Positions 60,014-64,000 of a DNA stretch of 64,000 nt are shown here, in pieces (position 1 is the stretch's first letter; each line of letters opens with the position of its first letter). Made by a program: the position numbers and the translations under genes. The notes below the pieces were generated by a model. That model ran no database searches and was not told the DNA's origin. It saw only the letters and a program-made list of their open reading frames with translations. Origin of the DNA: Parcubacteria group bacterium GW2011_GWA2_40_23 (lineage in GTDB: Bacteria; Patescibacteriota; Patescibacteriia; UBA11705; JABHMO01); contig LBYP01000002.1 in assembly GCA_000996245.1 (NCBI GenBank), positions 5,352-69,351 on the forward strand. Reading direction: 5' to 3'.

Positions 60014-61218
60014 GAGTGAAAAATTTTACTGTAAATAATCTTAGTCATCATGTCGGCGCGTTTTTCCCAGGTATGATCCTTAACTATTAATTGACGCTCT
60101 AGATGTTTTACATCCGAGTCTTCCTTGAGGGCACGGTCGATTAAATTCAAAAAGTCGTTTGAATCTTGAGCAATATAAATATCATTTTTAAACTTTTCTA
60201 CTCCAGCACCGTTTGTTGTCACGACCGGCAACCCACAAGCCAAATAGTCATAAAGTTTCATGGGGTTCATGGAGTTAACAAAATGATTCAATTTGTGTGG
60301 AATAATGGCAACATCAAAACGTTTTAAGTAACTTGGAGCATCATCATAAGCGACGCGGCCAAGCCAATGGACATTCTGAAAATGCTTTAATGCTCGCTCG
60401 GCCGCATTCCTTACTGATGGCCAAACAGGACCGCATAAGACTAATTCTTTGTCTGGATTTTTTTGAGCTATTTTTGCTAGCAATTCAAAATCAATGCGTT
60501 CTTCGATTGTGCCTAAATAACCAATAACTGGTTTAGTGATTTCCGAAATATCGTTTGTTTTATCAACTAAGTCTGGATTATTGAAATGATCATAATCAAC
60601 TCCATTCGGTACCCAATAAACATCTTCGGTTCTATCAAATTCTTTAAACATGTCCTTCATGTGTTCGGATACAGTAAAAACAACCTGAGCTTTTTCGCTA
60701 ATTGTTTTGTAGTTGTTGAGAATACGCTGCTTTGACATCAGTTTTGTATAACTTGGATGCTCGGACCAATCATCAACCGCATCAAATACAAAAAGATGCT
60801 CATTTAATTTTCCAATAAAATCTGTAAACAGCGGATTATAGGACCAAAAAACAACGTTTTTAAGATTAAGTATTTTTTCAATTCGTTTTAATTCGTTAGC
60901 AACAGTTTTGTGCGAGAAAAATGAATCAACCGTACTGTAAACATAAATCTTGTCGGTTTTCTGCCAACACGCACTCGTGAGGTCACCGTAAATCATTTCT
61001 GAACTTTTTTTCTCAAAAAGTATATTTTTAATAAAATGACCAATCGTTTTTTTAAATCCGATAGGCAAAAAATCTACAGCTACAATTTTTTCTATTTTAT
61101 CTTCTTCGGCTAAGGCTTGGAGAATATTATAGTTACGATTGACTATGCCGTGATCCCAATCAAAATAAGATGACATGTTAAACATGACTAGATTTATTTT
61201 TTCGTGGTGTGCAAGCAT
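60010..61218 (-). CDS. Family 4 (GT-B, group 1) glycosyltransferase
   Basis: C-terminal NPMKLYDYLACGLPVV-type motif. Confidence 0.65.
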   Translation of the reverse strand: MLAHHEKINLVMFNMSSYFDWDHGIVNRNYNILQALAEEDKIEKIVAVDFLPIGFKKTIGHFIKNILFEKKSSEMIYGDLTSACWQKTDKIYVYSTVDSFFSHKTVANELKRIEKILNLKNVVFWSYNPLFTDFIGKLNEHLFVFDAVDDWSEHPSYTKLMSKQRILNNYKTISEKAQVVFTVSEHMKDMFKEFDRTEDVYWVPNGVDYDHFNNPDLVDKTNDISEITKPVIGYLGTIEERIDFELLAKIAQKNPDKELVLCGPVWPSVRNAAERALKHFQNVHWLGRVAYDDAPSYLKRFDVAIIPHKLNHFVNSMNPMKLYDYLACGLPVVTTNGAGVEKFKNDIYIAQDSNDFLNLIDRALKEDSDVKHLERQLIVKDHTWEKRADMMTKIIYSKIFHS

Positions 61219-61219
61219 A

Positions 61220-62160
61220 TTAATTTAAAAATAATTTTGTATCAAGGGCAAAAATGCGATCGGAAAAATCTGCCGGAGAGCCTTGATTATCGAAGATAGC
61301 TTTATCAGCGACGTTAACCTTAGTAGATAGATCATCCAAATGATTTAGCGCAACTGCTTCGCGTGTTTGTGGTAAAACAGGGCTACCAAACTCTAAACGG
61401 CCATGATGACTGGCAATTAAATGTAGCACTTTTGTTTTTAATAAATCAGGAAAATCTTTTATACTCTCGATAGCTTTAGACACAGCAATTGTGCCTAACA
61501 TTAAATGACCAATGAGCGCCCCATCAACAGTACGAAAAATTGTATGATTTACATCCAATTCATCGAGTTTGCCAATGTCATGTAATAAAACTCCAGTCTT
61601 TAAAAGATCTTTATCTATTCTTGTAAAACTGGCACATAAACATTCTGCTAATGCAAGCATCTCGGATACATGTTCTACAAAACCACCAACGTAAGCATGA
61701 TGTATACGTTCTGCTGCCGGAGCTTTCTTGAACTTTTCGATAAATTTTTCATCTTTAAAAAAAGAATTTACGAGTTTCTTTAAATCATCATTCTCGATAC
61801 TATCGACTTGTTTTAAAATTGTTTTGAAGAGCGCTTCTAAATCCTTCTCTGATCCGGGTAGAAAATCGGCTGTTTCTTGATTTTGAGCTTTTTGTAAAAA
61901 TGAAATTATAAGTTGATTTTTTTCTTTAAATTCATTGACCTTGCCTCCAAGACTAATGATGTCACCAATCTCAAACTCATCACAATTGTTCAAATTATCT
62001 TCCCAAATTTTAGCTGTTATTTCACCGGTTCGATCAGCTAAAATAAGGTCAATAAAATCTTTATTTTGGCTGGTTTTCCCTTTTTTAATGTCTCGTACTA
62101 CTGCTAAAAAATTGGCGACTTGGTCTCCGGCTTGTAAATCCTTGATGAATTTATCTTTCA
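61220..62160 (-). CDS. YhaM-like 3'-5' exoribonuclease (OB fold plus HD domain)
   Basis: MKDKFIKDLQAGDQV... OB fold, then HHAYVGGFVEHV...LLHDIGK HD motifs. The ATG at 62160 is preferred; the longer ORF runs into the GC-rich island. Confidence 0.6.
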
Positions 62161-62274
62161 TATTTGATTGTTTTTTATGATTTGTGACCTCTTCTATAAA
62201 TGAAAGTTGAGTCATAATGCTGTGATTTATACTAAAATAGCGTAAGAGTATAAAATTATTATAGCATTTTTTGA

Positions 62275-62311
62275 GAAATATAAAAGGCGCACTGATCTTG
62301 AGACCAGGCGC
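62275..62311 (-). terminator. Intrinsic terminator, minus strand, of the receiver-domain gene
   Basis: GGCGC-loop-GCGCC with TTTTATATTT on the minus strand. Confidence 0.5.
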
Positions 62312-62318
62312 CAACGTT

Positions 62319-62660
62319 CTACGCAGCTGCAACGATTTTCTTGATTTTTCGACGCAGTTCAATCGCATCGAAAGGCTTGGTGACCACTTCGTCGGGTTGC
62401 TCGGCACAAGAGAAGTGTTCTGGCGGGGCGCTTGAAACCATGATGATGCGAGCATCAGGGCAAAGTCGTCGTGCGTAGACGATGAACTCGGCTCCCGTCA
62501 TTCCAGGCATGTCGTGGTCTGTGACAATGACCCGGGCTGAGCGACCGCTAAGGCATTTTAAGGCCTCGAATGGTGAATGATGCGTTCGGTGTGGCAAAGT
62601 ACCAGCAACAGCCTTGAATAGAGCTAGATTCTCTGGCAGATCATCAACGAAAAGCACCAT
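62319..62660 (-). CDS. GC-rich stand-alone CheY-like receiver (REC) domain protein (113 aa)
   Basis: AGGGAG SD. LFVDD, phospho-acceptor region VIVTDHDMPGMTG, and the conserved TKPF lysine. Confidence 0.6.
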   Translation of the reverse strand: MVLFVDDLPENLALFKAVAGTLPHRTHHSPFEALKCLSGRSARVIVTDHDMPGMTGAEFIVYARRLCPDARIIMVSSAPPEHFSCAEQPDEVVTKPFDAIELRRKIKKIVAAA

Positions 62661-62747
62661 AACATGACTCCCTATGTTGATAAGAGCTTCAATACTGTAT
62701 ACTAAAAAAAACTTCCTGTCAAGGATCGCTTTTGTGAATAAGTCGAT

Positions 62748-63779
62748 TTATTTAAAAAAACAAGCATCTCCAAAACTAAAAAACTTATATTTTTGTTTGA
62801 TAGCTTTTTGATATAGTTCAAGAGTAGTTTTTCGTCCAATAAGTGCGCTGACAAGCATTAAAAGTGATGATTTTGGTAAATGGAAATTAGAAATTAGTGC
62901 GTCAACAAATTTGAATTTGTAACCGGGATAAATAAATATGCTTGTATTTTGTTTAATTGCTTCGTTGCTTAATTGATTATTTGAAAATGCGGTTTCAAGA
63001 GTTCTAAGACTGGTTGTTCCGACTGCAATTATTCTCTTGCCTGCTTTTTTCGCCTTGATTAATTGATTAATTGTTTGTTTGTTTACTTCAATATATTCTG
63101 AATGAATTTGGTAGTCTTCAATCTTTTCAGTATTAACGGGATCGAACGTTCCAAGTCCTACATGCAAAGTGACAAATTCAATTTGACATCCGACTCTTTT
63201 GATTTGGGTCAGCAATTTTTTGGTAAAATGAAGTCCAGCGGTTGGTGCTGCGGCAGATCCTAGTTTTTTTGCATAAATAGTTTGATATTGTTTTTGAAGA
63301 ACACTTTCAGTCGATTTTGAATGAATATAAGGAGGTAATGGCATTTGACCAATTTTAAGTAAAATGCTGTTAAATTTTTTACCCTTAAAATTGAACTCTA
63401 CGAGCCACGTTTTCCCTTCATTTCTAGATATTACTTGAGCCTTTAAACCAGCCTTAAAAAGCAATTTTAGACCAACCTGGGGGTTCCGTAGTCCAAGTAA
63501 GACTTCCCATTTGTGGTCTTCGGTTTGATCTAGCAGCAAAACCTCTGCCCGACCACCACTTTCTTTGTTCCCCATTAAGCGGGCCGGCATAACTTTCGAA
63601 TCATTAAAAACTAAAACGTCGTTTTTAGTTAAATATTTAGGTAGATCATAAAAATGTTTATGCTCAATCTTTTTTGTTTTGCGATCATAAATCAAAAGAC
63701 GCGCACTGTCTCGTGGCGTCGCTGGTTTTTGAGCAATTAATTCTGATGGCAATTTGTAATCAAAAAGTTTTAAATTCAT
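62748..63779 (-). CDS. queA: S-adenosylmethionine:tRNA ribosyltransferase-isomerase
   Basis: MNLKLFDYKLPSELIAQKPATPRDSARLL, a canonical QueA N-terminus. Confidence 0.9.
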   Translation of the reverse strand: MNLKLFDYKLPSELIAQKPATPRDSARLLIYDRKTKKIEHKHFYDLPKYLTKNDVLVFNDSKVMPARLMGNKESGGRAEVLLLDQTEDHKWEVLLGLRNPQVGLKLLFKAGLKAQVISRNEGKTWLVEFNFKGKKFNSILLKIGQMPLPPYIHSKSTESVLQKQYQTIYAKKLGSAAAPTAGLHFTKKLLTQIKRVGCQIEFVTLHVGLGTFDPVNTEKIEDYQIHSEYIEVNKQTINQLIKAKKAGKRIIAVGTTSLRTLETAFSNNQLSNEAIKQNTSIFIYPGYKFKFVDALISNFHLPKSSLLMLVSALIGRKTTLELYQKAIKQKYKFFSFGDACFFK

Positions 63780-63781
63780 AT

Positions 63782-64000
63782 TTATAAGTTACTCAACTGT
63801 TTCAGCAATTCATTAGTTTCAATGCGATCGTCATATTCCTTCCCCACATAACGATAAAGCTCTGTTCCGTTGTTGTCGAAAAGCATAATAGCAGGTTTAG
63901 AAACTTCTTTGCCTTTATAAACAGTTCTGAAATTGAAAGAATCGATAACTTTATAATCGTTGTCAGAGAGGACTGGATAATCAAGCTTTAAAAATTCTTT
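63782..64000 (-). CDS. Peroxiredoxin (Bcp/AhpC-TSA family), C-terminal 72 aa only; the gene runs off the window edge
   Basis: DYPVLSDNDYKVIDSFNF...KPAIMLFDNNGTELYRYVG matches the thioredoxin-fold peroxiredoxin C-terminus. Confidence 0.55.
   Translation of the reverse strand, partial: KEFLKLDYPVLSDNDYKVIDSFNFRTVYKGKEVSKPAIMLFDNNGTELYRYVGKEYDDRIETNELLKQLSNL

Noticed and set aside
61220-62455. Long form of the yhaM-like ORF reaching 62455
   Set aside because: Its first ~100 codons translate the GC-rich receiver island in a different frame (Pro/Ser/Arg-rich). The YhaM family N-terminus begins at MKDKFIKDL (62160).
63802-63984. 60-aa minus-strand ORF at the window end
   Set aside because: A different frame of the same region gives a clear peroxiredoxin C-terminus, so this ORF is an out-of-frame artefact.

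Overview
Two compositional layers are visible. (1) The backbone is AT-rich (roughly 35-40% G+C by eye), with compact, mostly co-directional housekeeping genes typical of a reduced-genome bacterium. Gene content suggests Patescibacteria/CPR-like, but that is an inference. Genes present: partial rdgB, rsmI, metG, tatD, a complete F1Fo ATP synthase operon (atpZ-like, atpB-E-F-H-A-G-D-C), cvpA, a lipoprotein, a UvrD/PcrA-type helicase fused to a Cas4/RecB-like nuclease, a DciA(DUF721)-like protein, proS, mreB-mreC-mreD-PBP2, greA, an HD hydrolase, lysS, serS, alr, an ftsQ-like gene, xerC/D, a 2228-aa repeat-rich surface protein, an M23 peptidase, gltX, a WecG/TagA-NUDIX fusion, clpB with a CIRCE-like operator, a secreted repeat protein, a LigB-like protein, priA with degenerate ATPase motifs, def-fmt, a glycosylation cluster (O-antigen-ligase-like membrane protein, GT2, GT4), a yhaM-like gene, queA, and a peroxiredoxin fragment. 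(2) Superimposed on this are at least eight sharply bounded G+C-rich islands (clearly over 60% G+C by eye) sitting in intergenic gaps. They are at about 346-985 and 1031-1270 (non-coding), 13694-14250, 17340-18440, 18700-19410, 19785-20160, 29640-29895, 45170-47520 and 62283-62700. Most carry their own TTGACA-type promoter-like sequence, a strong Shine-Dalgarno site and a GC-clamped intrinsic terminator. They encode products foreign to the backbone: a tandem pair of small paralogues, a secreted Cys-containing protein, a C-terminal-Phe beta-barrel-like protein, a Zn-ribbon-like protein, a 63-aa membrane peptide, an HhH+HNH-like nuclease with a partner, and an orphan CheY-like receiver. No rRNA, tRNA or CRISPR array was found. 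Other notable non-coding structures are a 51-nt element present twice in inverted orientation, iteron-like TAATCAT arrays, a candidate small RNA, leaderless TATAAT-N7-ATG promoters, and a bidirectional terminator. Every functional call is from motif-level reading of the translations. No database search was run.
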